Of a DNA stretch of 64,000 bases, positions 56,313-64,000 are shown in pieces. Source of the DNA: a virus; the IMG/VR virus record IMGVR_UViG_3300033550_000002, positions 15,685-79,684 of that record. One strand, given 5' to 3'. Within the stretch, counting starts at the first letter, position 1, and each line of letters begins with the position of its first letter. A program made the position numbers and the translations under genes. Under the pieces are notes generated by a model. The model searched no databases, was not told the origin of the DNA, and saw only the letters and a list, made by a program, of their open reading frames with translations.

Positions 56313-56995
56313 CTCCAGTAGCTGTAGAACACCGGCCGCAGGTCCCGCCAGGCGTCCTCCTGGGCGAACAGGCCGCCCCACCGGGCGATCCGGACGATCT
56401 CCTGCGGGACCAGCGGCACGACGCCCTCCTCGGCTGCCGCCAGGTCCGGGAAGCCCAGGGCGGCGGCCAGCTTCTTCATGACCGAGATCTTGTCGTGGGA
56501 CACCTTCTTGGACAGGTGCATCTTCCGGAAGATCGACGCCGCCGTGGTGTCGAGCTTCAGGCCGGTCCGGGCGTCCATGTATAGACCCGTGAACGGGAAG
56601 ACGCCGCCGCTCAGCGGCCGGTGGACGATCTCCATCTTGTCGTGGACGGTCCAGTACTCCTCGGTGTCGATCGCGTCGCTGTAGCGGGCCCAGTGCGGGA
56701 ACCCGGCGGCCCGGATGACCAGGACGGCCGGGTCGCCGTACTCCCCGTCCCAGGTGACGGGCTGCGCCAGGCTGGTCTCGGAGTGCATCATCTCGCGGAG
56801 GATCATCCGCTCCATCTGGGCGTCCTCGTCGCCCGCCCGCTCCAGCTCGTCGAGCAGGTCGAGGTAGTCGCGTTCCGGCGTCAGGCCGTGCAGCAGCGGG
56901 CTGTCGGCGTTGATCCGGGGGTCCTCGATTCCCCCGTCTCCGCACTTCACATCGGTCAGGCCGTAGCCGATGTACTTCCCCAGGCGCATACCCAC
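56309..56995 (-). CDS. hypothetical protein
   Basis: 228-aa ORF. Confidence 0.6.
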   Translation of the reverse strand: MGMRLGKYIGYGLTDVKCGDGGIEDPRINADSPLLHGLTPERDYLDLLDELERAGDEDAQMERMILREMMHSETSLAQPVTWDGEYGDPAVLVIRAAGFPHWARYSDAIDTEEYWTVHDKMEIVHRPLSGGVFPFTGLYMDARTGLKLDTTAASIFRKMHLSKKVSHDKISVMKKLAAALGFPDLAAAEEGVVPLVPQEIVRIARWGGLFAQEDAWRDLRPVFYSYWS

Positions 56996-57049
56996 GGGGG
57001 TCTCCCTTCCATGAGGACGGCCGCCCGGCGGGTGCCGGGCGGCCTGCGG

Positions 57050-57265
57050 TCAGTTGATCGTCTTGACGGACGACTCGAACGGGTCGTGGTCGGAGTGGTA
57101 GCTGGCTGCCAGGACGGCCCCGACCGAGCTGCTGAAGCGCCGCTCCTTCCGGTCCGGGCAGCCGGAGCACTGGAAGCGGAACTCGCCGGTCTCCGCGTCC
57201 CCCTCGGCCACCACCAGGGAGCCGTCGGGCGCGGTCATCACCTTGCTCACGGGTTCGAAGGCCAT
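57050..57265 (-). CDS. small hypothetical protein
   Basis: C..C...H...H motif; coupled start. Confidence 0.5.
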   Translation of the reverse strand: MAFEPVSKVMTAPDGSLVVAEGDAETGEFRFQCSGCPDRKERRFSSSVGAVLAASYHSDHDPFESSVKTIN

Positions 57266-57525
57266 CAGACCAGCACGACCTTCCCGGCGGTCGACCAGGT
57301 GATCACACCGGCCTTGCCCAGGACGTCCAGGGTCCGGCTGGGGACCGACATGGAGACCGCCCTGTCCGAGCCGCACGCCATGAGCGACAGGTCGATCAGA
57401 GCGTGCACGGCCCCGGTGGACGCGACCTCGTAGTGCGCGGCGGCCGTCGCCAGCCGCTCCAGCGCTGCCTGCGCGCCCTCCTCGGGGTCCCTGAACGTCG
57501 CGTTCGTGACGACGATGAGTGCCAT
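57265..57525 (-). CDS. hypothetical protein
   Basis: GAGG RBS. Confidence 0.5.
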   Translation of the reverse strand: MALIVVTNATFRDPEEGAQAALERLATAAAHYEVASTGAVHALIDLSLMACGSDRAVSMSVPSRTLDVLGKAGVITWSTAGKVVLV

Positions 57526-57844
57526 GTGTCTTTTCCTCTCCGATGGCCGCGACCGGTTCGCGGTTTCTGGCATCAGCTTCACAGGTTTCCGCACCCCCGA
57601 GTGTCCAGCATTGGGCATTCGGAGCGTGACGAAGGTCACAGAGTACGGTTCTGCCAGGTCTGGCCGTGCTCGTCGGTGTACTCCGTCCAGCGCAGCCGGT
57701 ACCCGTGGCCCACCCCCGAGTCGCAGCCGAAAACCTGCTGCGGCCACGGCGAGCAACGGGTGCGGACCGGGCAGCCGCAGGTGAGCTTCACGACGATCGG
57801 TGCCCTCCGGCGGAACTTCCGGACCGGAGGGTCCTCCATCCCGG

Positions 57845-58327
57845 TCATGCCGCCTGGACCTCCAGGCGGATGAACGGCATCTCCGGCAGGGGGCCGGAGA
57901 ACATCAGGCCGACGTCGGTCTGCTCGGCCAGCCGGTCGAAGGCCGCGTGGTGCATGAGGCCCGCGTACACCGAGCCGTCGGCCAGGGCCACGTCCGTCCA
58001 CCAGGTGGAAGTCTCGCCCCACTCGACGACCGTCGAGAACGTCTCGGTCTCCAGCGAGACCGAGTCCGGCCGGATCGTGCACACGCCGACGGCGCGCAGG
58101 TCGACCGGGACGCAGAACTCCGGGTTCTCCGTCCGGGCCTCCATGTCCTCGAAGCAGGCGCTCATCGACAGGTGCGTCCTGTCGTCGCACCCGCGCACGA
58201 TCAGCAGGGCCCGGGTCGAGCCGTCCGCGTACCCGCGCACGGCATTGCACACCTGCACGGCGGAGGGCATCTCCGTCATCTCGCCGAACACCTCCTCGAT
58301 CAGCTTCCTGGCGATCACGTCGCTCAC
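57845..58327 (-). CDS. hypothetical protein
   Basis: coupled GTG start. Confidence 0.5.
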   Translation of the reverse strand: MSDVIARKLIEEVFGEMTEMPSAVQVCNAVRGYADGSTRALLIVRGCDDRTHLSMSACFEDMEARTENPEFCVPVDLRAVGVCTIRPDSVSLETETFSTVVEWGETSTWWTDVALADGSVYAGLMHHAAFDRLAEQTDVGLMFSGPLPEMPFIRLEVQAA

Positions 58328-58490
58328 GTCTTCACGTCCTCCCTCTTGCAGCGGCACACCAGCCGCTGGTCGGGCATCACAGCGGGCTGGAGGCCCTTCT
58401 CGACGGCCTGGACGGCATCGAGAAGGGCCTCGTGCTGCTCTTCGGTCAGGCAGGCGGGCCACACGCAGGGGCGGCCCTCCCGGGGGCCCG

Positions 58491-59054
58491 TCACCGGGCC
58501 GGGATCTTGAAGGAGGTCACCTCGTGCGCCACGGAGAAGTGCCTGCGCAGCGCGTGGGACACCGTCCAGCCGTAGTCGGTCAGCCCGAACCGGGCCCAGC
58601 GCATGAGCCGACGTTCGACCGCCACGCCGGGCGAGGGGACCGGGAGCGGGTCGGCGATGCCGTACCCGCTGGGCTTCAGGTAGCGCGAGCCGTCCCGGGA
58701 GAGGGGCGGCATGGCGACGGTCACCAGGTCGTGCATGACCAGGTCCATCACCGCGTCCATCTCGCAGTGGTCGTCGGCCGTGTGGCCCTTCATCCGCAGC
58801 CCGTACTTCTCGGCCGCGTCCGGGCCGTCGGGGTAGGGGTTGCGGCGGGCGGCGTAGAGCATCGGCCAGTTCCGGGCCGAGAGGGTCAGCCGGTCCCAGC
58901 TCGGCTCGCCGTACCCGTCGACCACCCGGGTCTCGATGTACAGCAGCATCGACAGGTGGTCGCGGCCCCAGTCCAGCGGGCCGAAGGACTCGCGGCCCTC
59001 CCGGTCGTGCCACATCAGTCCGCTGGGAAGGCTCTCCTCGATCCGTGCGTTCAC
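58491..59054 (-). CDS. hypothetical protein
   Basis: WGRDH.SMLLYIETRVVD; AGGAGG RBS. Confidence 0.6.
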   Translation of the reverse strand: MNARIEESLPSGLMWHDREGRESFGPLDWGRDHLSMLLYIETRVVDGYGEPSWDRLTLSARNWPMLYAARRNPYPDGPDAAEKYGLRMKGHTADDHCEMDAVMDLVMHDLVTVAMPPLSRDGSRYLKPSGYGIADPLPVPSPGVAVERRLMRWARFGLTDYGWTVSHALRRHFSVAHEVTSFKIPAR

Positions 59055-59584
59055 AGCTTCCCCTCCTTTTCGAGCAGGTCGTGGTCCGCGTCTCCGAGGA
59101 GAGTCTTGATCGCCTTGGCGATCTCGACGGCCATCCCGAAGACGGAGCAGGTGTGGTCGCCGCACACCTTCCGGTCGTGGTCGCGGACCAGCTCCGGGTA
59201 CCGGGCTCCCATCGACTCGACCTCGCGCAGCAGGCGGGCCAGCGCGATGGCCGCCTTCGGGTCGATCAGGCCCGCCATCGCGCCTGCCGCGCCGCCCATG
59301 CCGTTCACCATGCCGTCACGCCAGGCGGTCTCCGGCGCGTAGACCTGGTAGAACGCACTTCCCGCCACGTCGGCCTGGGCCGTGTGGGCATGGATGTCCA
59401 GCATCGTGGCGGCCTGCCGGAGTGCCGTGACGTTCTCCGTCAGGGTCTCGGCGGACTCGGTCTCGACGTCGTCGAGCATCGAGTCCAGGCGCTTGCAGTC
59501 GGGGCCCTGGACGGCGGCCGGGCCGTAGCGGCAGCCGTCCTTCTGGCAGGCCCGCCCGTGGACCATCTCGCGTCCGGTCTTCAC
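59051..59584 (-). CDS. hypothetical protein
   Basis: AAGGAG RBS. Confidence 0.55.
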   Translation of the reverse strand: MKTGREMVHGRACQKDGCRYGPAAVQGPDCKRLDSMLDDVETESAETLTENVTALRQAATMLDIHAHTAQADVAGSAFYQVYAPETAWRDGMVNGMGGAAGAMAGLIDPKAAIALARLLREVESMGARYPELVRDHDRKVCGDHTCSVFGMAVEIAKAIKTLLGDADHDLLEKEGKL

Positions 59585-59714
59585 TCGCTCTTCTCCTTCC
59601 GGGCCTGCTGCGGGATCAGGCCGAGCGCCCGGCGGGCCTCGCGCCTGCGGCGGCGCGCACCCGAACGGGTGGGGTTGTCGGTCGGGTTCTTCCCGACCAT
59701 GTCGCGCGGGTCCT

Positions 59715-60257
59715 TCACGTCTCTCCTCCGGGAGTCTTGATCCGCCTGCTCTTCCCGCTGTACCAGGGGAGCGCGAGGCCGTCGTTGTGCTCTCGCGGAA
59801 CCAGGTGCAGGTGCAGGTGGAAAACGCTCTGCGTCGCCTCACGGCCACGGCTGGTGATCAGGTTCATCGGTCGGTCCGACCAGTGCACCAGCTCGGCCGC
59901 CCGGCGCACCGTCATGGCGGTGATCTCCGGCACCGACGAGAAGTCGGCGACGTGGACCTTCGGCACGACGAGCGTGTGGCCTTCGGTGACCGGCCCGATG
60001 GGCGTGAACGCCATGGTCTCCGGCCAGTGCTCGCGCTCCACCACCCACTTCGGGGGCTGGCGCACGCCTTCGGCGATCTCGCAGAAGGGGCACTGGCTGG
60101 CAGGCTTGACGATCGGGTCCTCGCACCCACGGCACCAGACGCCCGACGGGAGGTCGGCCGCGTACACCGGGTTCGACGGAGAGCCGACGGCCCGGCGGGC
60201 GCAGGACGGGCACGCGTACGAGCCGAACAGCAGGTACGCGACCGGCTCGGCCTTCAT
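59715..60257 (-). CDS. HIT-family nucleotide hydrolase with N-terminal Zn ribbon
   Basis: CPFCEI, GHTLVVPK.H, ATQSVFHLHLHLVPR; two additional CxxC. Confidence 0.88.
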   Translation of the reverse strand: MKAEPVAYLLFGSYACPSCARRAVGSPSNPVYAADLPSGVWCRGCEDPIVKPASQCPFCEIAEGVRQPPKWVVEREHWPETMAFTPIGPVTEGHTLVVPKVHVADFSSVPEITAMTVRRAAELVHWSDRPMNLITSRGREATQSVFHLHLHLVPREHNDGLALPWYSGKSRRIKTPGGET

Positions 60258-60583
60258 CGCGCGACCCGCAGGAGCTGGAACCCGTCCCGGTCGGGGTCGG
60301 TCTCGTGCTCGACGGCGTAGCCGCAATTCAGCAGGACGCGCGTGTACTCGGCCAGCGTTCCGGACTCGTTCTCGCAGGGGCCGAAGAACCGGACCACCGA
60401 CTCCTCGCCGTCCTGCTTCACCTCGAAGCCGCCGGACCACCGGATTCCGGGACCCCGGTACTCGATGGAACCGTCGACCCGGCGGTGCGTGCGCACCCGC
60501 CACTCGTCGGACTTGCTCTTGACGCTGGCGAACCCGCCGCACGACAGGAAGTCCGACACCTCGTGTGCCTTTGCCACCTGCAT
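60254..60583 (-). CDS. hypothetical protein
   Basis: AAGGAG RBS, upstream -10 TAGAAT. Confidence 0.6.
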   Translation of the reverse strand: MQVAKAHEVSDFLSCGGFASVKSKSDEWRVRTHRRVDGSIEYRGPGIRWSGGFEVKQDGEESVVRFFGPCENESGTLAEYTRVLLNCGYAVEHETDPDRDGFQLLRVAR

Positions 60584-60683
60584 CTCCTTTCCTTTAACTT
60601 CATTCTAGCACGGGAAGGTTGAGACGCAGAAGCCCCTCCCCGGAGGGACCGGGGAGGGGCGGATCGGAGGCGGCGGAAGGGCG

Positions 60684-61418
60684 TCAGACGCGGAAGACGG
60701 TCGCCTTGCGGACCATCACCGAGTTCTCGACGCCGCCCGCGCGCATCTCGCGGCCGAGCGGAACCGTCGACTGCTGCGTGGAGCGGGAGACGTGGCCGAG
60801 GAAGTCGAGGATGTACGACTCCAGGTGCGCGGCGTTGTGCTGGGTGACGTCGAAGCCGGTGGCCGTGACGATCCGGACGTCCGTGATCTCCCAGCGGCCG
60901 GTGTGCTTCGCCTCGAAGACGTAGACGATCTGCGCGCCCAGCTCGTCGGTCGCGAAGACCAGGTACTTCGAGGCTCCGGAGATGCGGATCTCGATGTCGA
61001 TCTTCTTGTCCGGCATGACGAGCTTGCGGAGCTGGTCCGCCGAGGACGTGACGACGGCCGGGGCGAGCTGTTCGTCGACCGGCTTCGACTCCGGCAGGAC
61101 GGCCTTCTTCGCACCCTTCGGGACGAAGTTGCGGCGGCCGTTGTCGGGGTCCTTGAAGATGGCCGCGTACATGTCCCACGAGCTGGCCAGCGCCGTCTTC
61201 TTGCCGTCGATGTGGAGGGTGGAGTCGCACCAGTTCCACTTGCCGCCGGACGACAGCTTGAACGTGATGGTCATCCGGACCCGCGCCGAGCTGTGCACCA
61301 GCGTCAGGTGGCCGAATCCTCGCCGTTCGACGATCGGCTCCACGCCCGTGTTGTCGAGCAGGAAGCTGTAGGGCTCGAAGGCCACGCCGGGAAGTTCGTC
61401 GACCGAAACCGTGTTCAC
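60684..61418 (-). CDS. hypothetical protein
   Basis: AAGGAG RBS; followed by hairpin. Confidence 0.6.
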   Translation of the reverse strand: MNTVSVDELPGVAFEPYSFLLDNTGVEPIVERRGFGHLTLVHSSARVRMTITFKLSSGGKWNWCDSTLHIDGKKTALASSWDMYAAIFKDPDNGRRNFVPKGAKKAVLPESKPVDEQLAPAVVTSSADQLRKLVMPDKKIDIEIRISGASKYLVFATDELGAQIVYVFEAKHTGRWEITDVRIVTATGFDVTQHNAAHLESYILDFLGHVSRSTQQSTVPLGREMRAGGVENSVMVRKATVFRV

Positions 61419-61495
61419 GCGTTCTCCTTTTTCCGATTCCTTCAACTTAACTGTACCACAGCTAAGTTGCTCAGAGTCCCCAGATGTTGGGGACC

Positions 61496-61801
61496 TTAGT
61501 CGAGATGTCGGCCGACATACTCGACGTCGATGATCTGCACCTCGTCGGTGTGCTTTCCGAAGGCCCAGACGATCCGCTCGCCCACAGGCCCGATGCGCAC
61601 GTACGAGATCCAGAGGTCGTCGCGATTGTCGAAGCGCGAATCCGGCTTCATGCGGTGCGACTTCAGGCCCGGGTGGGCCGGATCGCTGGCCAGGTTCGTC
61701 AGCGCCTTCTCGACCTGCTTCATCTTGCCCCGGTCGCCCGACTTGCGGATCTTCTCGATCCCCTTCTGGGCGGCCGGGGTGATGTTCAGCGTGAAACTCA
61801 T
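61496..61801 (-). CDS. RelE/ParE-superfamily toxin
   Basis: FTLNITPAAQKGI...KAL..L..DP.HPGLKSH...RIVWAF. Confidence 0.7.
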   Translation of the reverse strand: MSFTLNITPAAQKGIEKIRKSGDRGKMKQVEKALTNLASDPAHPGLKSHRMKPDSRFDNRDDLWISYVRIGPVGERIVWAFGKHTDEVQIIDVEYVGRHLD

Positions 61802-62103
61802 GCCGCGTCACCCCAGACGAGGGAGTGGATCTCGTCCGGCGTACGGACGGTCACTCCGTAGTCGCCCCGGCCACGGGCCTCCTCGTTGAAGAGCAGGGCG
61901 GCAGCCACATCCCCCAGCTCGTCACCCAGCGCCTCCTCGGGCGACAGGATCTCCGGCGACTCCGGCACGGAGACGGGTACCAGTGCCACCGGCACCAGCG
62001 TGATCACCCCGTCCGTGTCGCGGATCGCGTCGTACAGCTCGTGACCACCGGACAGCGCCCGAAGGCTCGCCCGTCCCTGGCGGTCCAGCTTGATCAGGCT
62101 CAT
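61798..62103 (-). CDS. putative antitoxin (AbrB-like N-terminus)
   Basis: IKLDRQGR.SL...DGVITLVPV; acidic tail; ATGA-coupled to toxin. Confidence 0.62.
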   Translation of the reverse strand: MSLIKLDRQGRASLRALSGGHELYDAIRDTDGVITLVPVALVPVSVPESPEILSPEEALGDELGDVAAALLFNEEARGRGDYGVTVRTPDEIHSLVWGDAA

Positions 62104-62795
62104 AGGCCCTCCTTCCACTCCCCACTCTAGGGGACTTCCCTACGAGGGGCAACCCCTCTTTCATCACGTCTCTCCCGAGCCACCCACGGCCCGCAGACGG
62201 CCTCTCACCGGCCCCGGGCGGCACGGGGAGCCGGAAGACGCCCACGGCCCGCAGACGGGCGGCCAGCCCCCACGGCGGGGCACCCTGGCCCGGCGGCCGG
62301 GACCCACCGGCACCGGCCCGCAGCCGCCCACGGCGGAAGCCCCACCGCTTGTCCCCACGAAGTGGGTCGCCCTCCTCAGGCGCGCCCCGCGCGCGGACGA
62401 CGACGAGGAGGAGGTTCCTGGAGGAGCGTCAGTGCGGGCCGGTGGGCGGAGCCCGCCGGGACGTGATGATGCGACGACAGGAGGCTCTTCCGAGGAGGAG
62501 GATTCTTATAGGGGGTGGATTAGCTCGTTTCCCCAGGTCAGGTCGGCTACCGACCGCTGCCGGAGAGGTTAGGGACTGGGAACCTGCGGATAGGGACTAT
62601 CCAAAATAGGTCAGGGATATTGAGGGGCGAATCCGGACATAATTTCGCAGTGGGCGGATCGTGCGCCGCGCCGCCGAGGTGTGAGAGGCTGGAACCAGAG
62701 GGCAGTCCCCCTGACCTCCAGTTCCACACCTGGGTCCTCTAGCTGCGAAAACGACTCGCCTCTGCTAGGGTCTCCAGTACGGAAAGGAGTTTGAG

Positions 62796-63182
62796 ATGGG
62801 ACACGAGGCAAGCCTCATCAGGGCAGATCTGCTGGACGACCTGTGTGAATTCGGGCGTACCGCCCCTGTGCCGCTCTGGGTGGTGCAGCGCTTCAGCGAC
62901 GACTTCGGCACCCTCGGCGTGTACGTCAGGATTCTGTCGGCGGCCGAGCTGGCGGACCCGGAGAAGATGTGCGTGACGGTCTCGAAGAGCTGGGCGCGCG
63001 AGCTGCTGGAGGGGGACCTGCGGGAGCCCATGTCCCGCCTGCTCGACGTCGGCGCGGTCACGCAGGTCGCGGCGTACCGGAGCGGCAAGGTCCGGTTCCA
63101 GATCGAGGAGTTTCCGCCCAGGGTCCGTGCCGAACTCGACTCGTACCGGCGGCCCGGCGGCCGACTGGTGGCGGCGTTCTGA
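62796..63182 (+). CDS. hypothetical (wHTH-like) protein
   Basis: AAGGAG RBS; VPLWVV...GVYVRI resembles neighbour. Confidence 0.6.
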   Translation: MGHEASLIRADLLDDLCEFGRTAPVPLWVVQRFSDDFGTLGVYVRILSAAELADPEKMCVTVSKSWARELLEGDLREPMSRLLDVGAVTQVAAYRSGKVRFQIEEFPPRVRAELDSYRRPGGRLVAAF

Positions 63183-63257
63183 GAAAAGAAGAAGGCCCCG
63201 GTGGGTGAGACCGGGGCCTATGCAAAAGCAACAAACCAAGTGAAAGGTAACACAGAA

Positions 63258-64000
63258 ATGGCAGGCGTGTCACGGCACTTCACGGTGGTGGACGACTGGG
63301 TTCTGCTGAATCCGGAGATCACCTCCACCGAGTACCGGGTGTACTCGATCATCAAGGGGCGCATCCGGCACAAGGGGAGCATCCCCCGGGGCGGCTTCAA
63401 GGTGACCGCCTCCTGGGTCTTCGAGACGTCCAAGGGGATGATCTCGGTCAGCACCGCGCACAAGGCGATCCAGGGCCTGGTCAAAAAGGGCGTCTTCCGG
63501 CGGCTGAACGACCCCAACTGCGGGATCGGCGCGGAGTTCGAGATCGTGGTGATTCCGTCCGAGGGATACCAGGGCGAACGCAGTGTGATGCAGGCCGGAA
63601 GCAGGGCCGAGCGCAAGAACGAGCGGGGCGTCCACTTCTCCGAGATCGAGCTGAGCGGCCACCGCTCGAACGGCCTCATCCTGGAGGAGGTGCGAACCCC
63701 GGCTCCGTCTAGTACGCTGACCATGACGGAAGTTGAGGACGAAGCCCCTCTCGACGAAGACATCCGCCCGGAGGTCCACGAGAAGGAGGCCGAGTTCGCC
63801 AGGGCGCTCATGGAGCGGACCGCCAGGAAGAGCGAGACCCACCTCCGCCTGATGGAGGGGGCCTGCTTCCGCCTGGCCGGGCTGGCCCGGCCCGCCCTGG
63901 ACCGGGGATGGGACCCCGACAGGCTGGCCGCCCGGCTTGCGGCCGAGCTGAACCCGAAGATCCACGCCCCGGAGCGCTTCCTCGCCGGGAAGTTCAAGGA
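63258..64000 (+). CDS. probable replication initiator protein (partial, runs off window)
   Basis: ATG 63258, MAGVSRHFTVVDDWVLLNPEITSTEYRVYSII...SVSTAHKAIQGLVKKG wHTH; open to window end; absent from ORF track. Confidence 0.6.
   Translation, partial: MAGVSRHFTVVDDWVLLNPEITSTEYRVYSIIKGRIRHKGSIPRGGFKVTASWVFETSKGMISVSTAHKAIQGLVKKGVFRRLNDPNCGIGAEFEIVVIPSEGYQGERSVMQAGSRAERKNERGVHFSEIELSGHRSNGLILEEVRTPAPSSTLTMTEVEDEAPLDEDIRPEVHEKEAEFARALMERTARKSETHLRLMEGACFRLAGLARPALDRGWDPDRLAARLAAELNPKIHAPERFLAGKFK

Overview
High-GC actinobacterial (very likely Streptomyces) mobile element that combines phage and conjugative-plasmid modules, i.e. a plasmid-phage-like element. Most genes are on the - strand. Phage-type modules: replication/recombination (RuvC-like, PolA, primase-helicase, RecT-like, Cas4/RecB-like exonuclease, UvrD, SNF2), a lysis cassette (amidase-LysM endolysin, holin) and a 1689-aa collagen/beta-helix/GDPD tail-type protein. 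Plasmid-type modules: a GntR-UTRA Kor-like regulator, SpdB-like and other membrane spread proteins, SLT + NlpC/P60 hydrolases, a TraB-like FtsK ATPase, a RelE-type TA pair and a probable Rep at the right edge. The standout region is 38.8-43.0 kb, an RNA module: Ro60/TROVE gene, ATP-dependent RNA ligase, three tandem Y RNAs (two with circularly permuted tRNA domains, one minimal) and an upstream non-coding cluster with tRNA-Ile plus two non-canonical tRNA-like RNAs. Two dispersed operator-like motifs and two short-repeat clusters are also visible. No capsid, terminase, integrase or CRISPR array was recognised in the window. All calls come from reading motifs by eye; no searches were run. Many starts were adjusted from the ORF track using RBS position or gene overlap.
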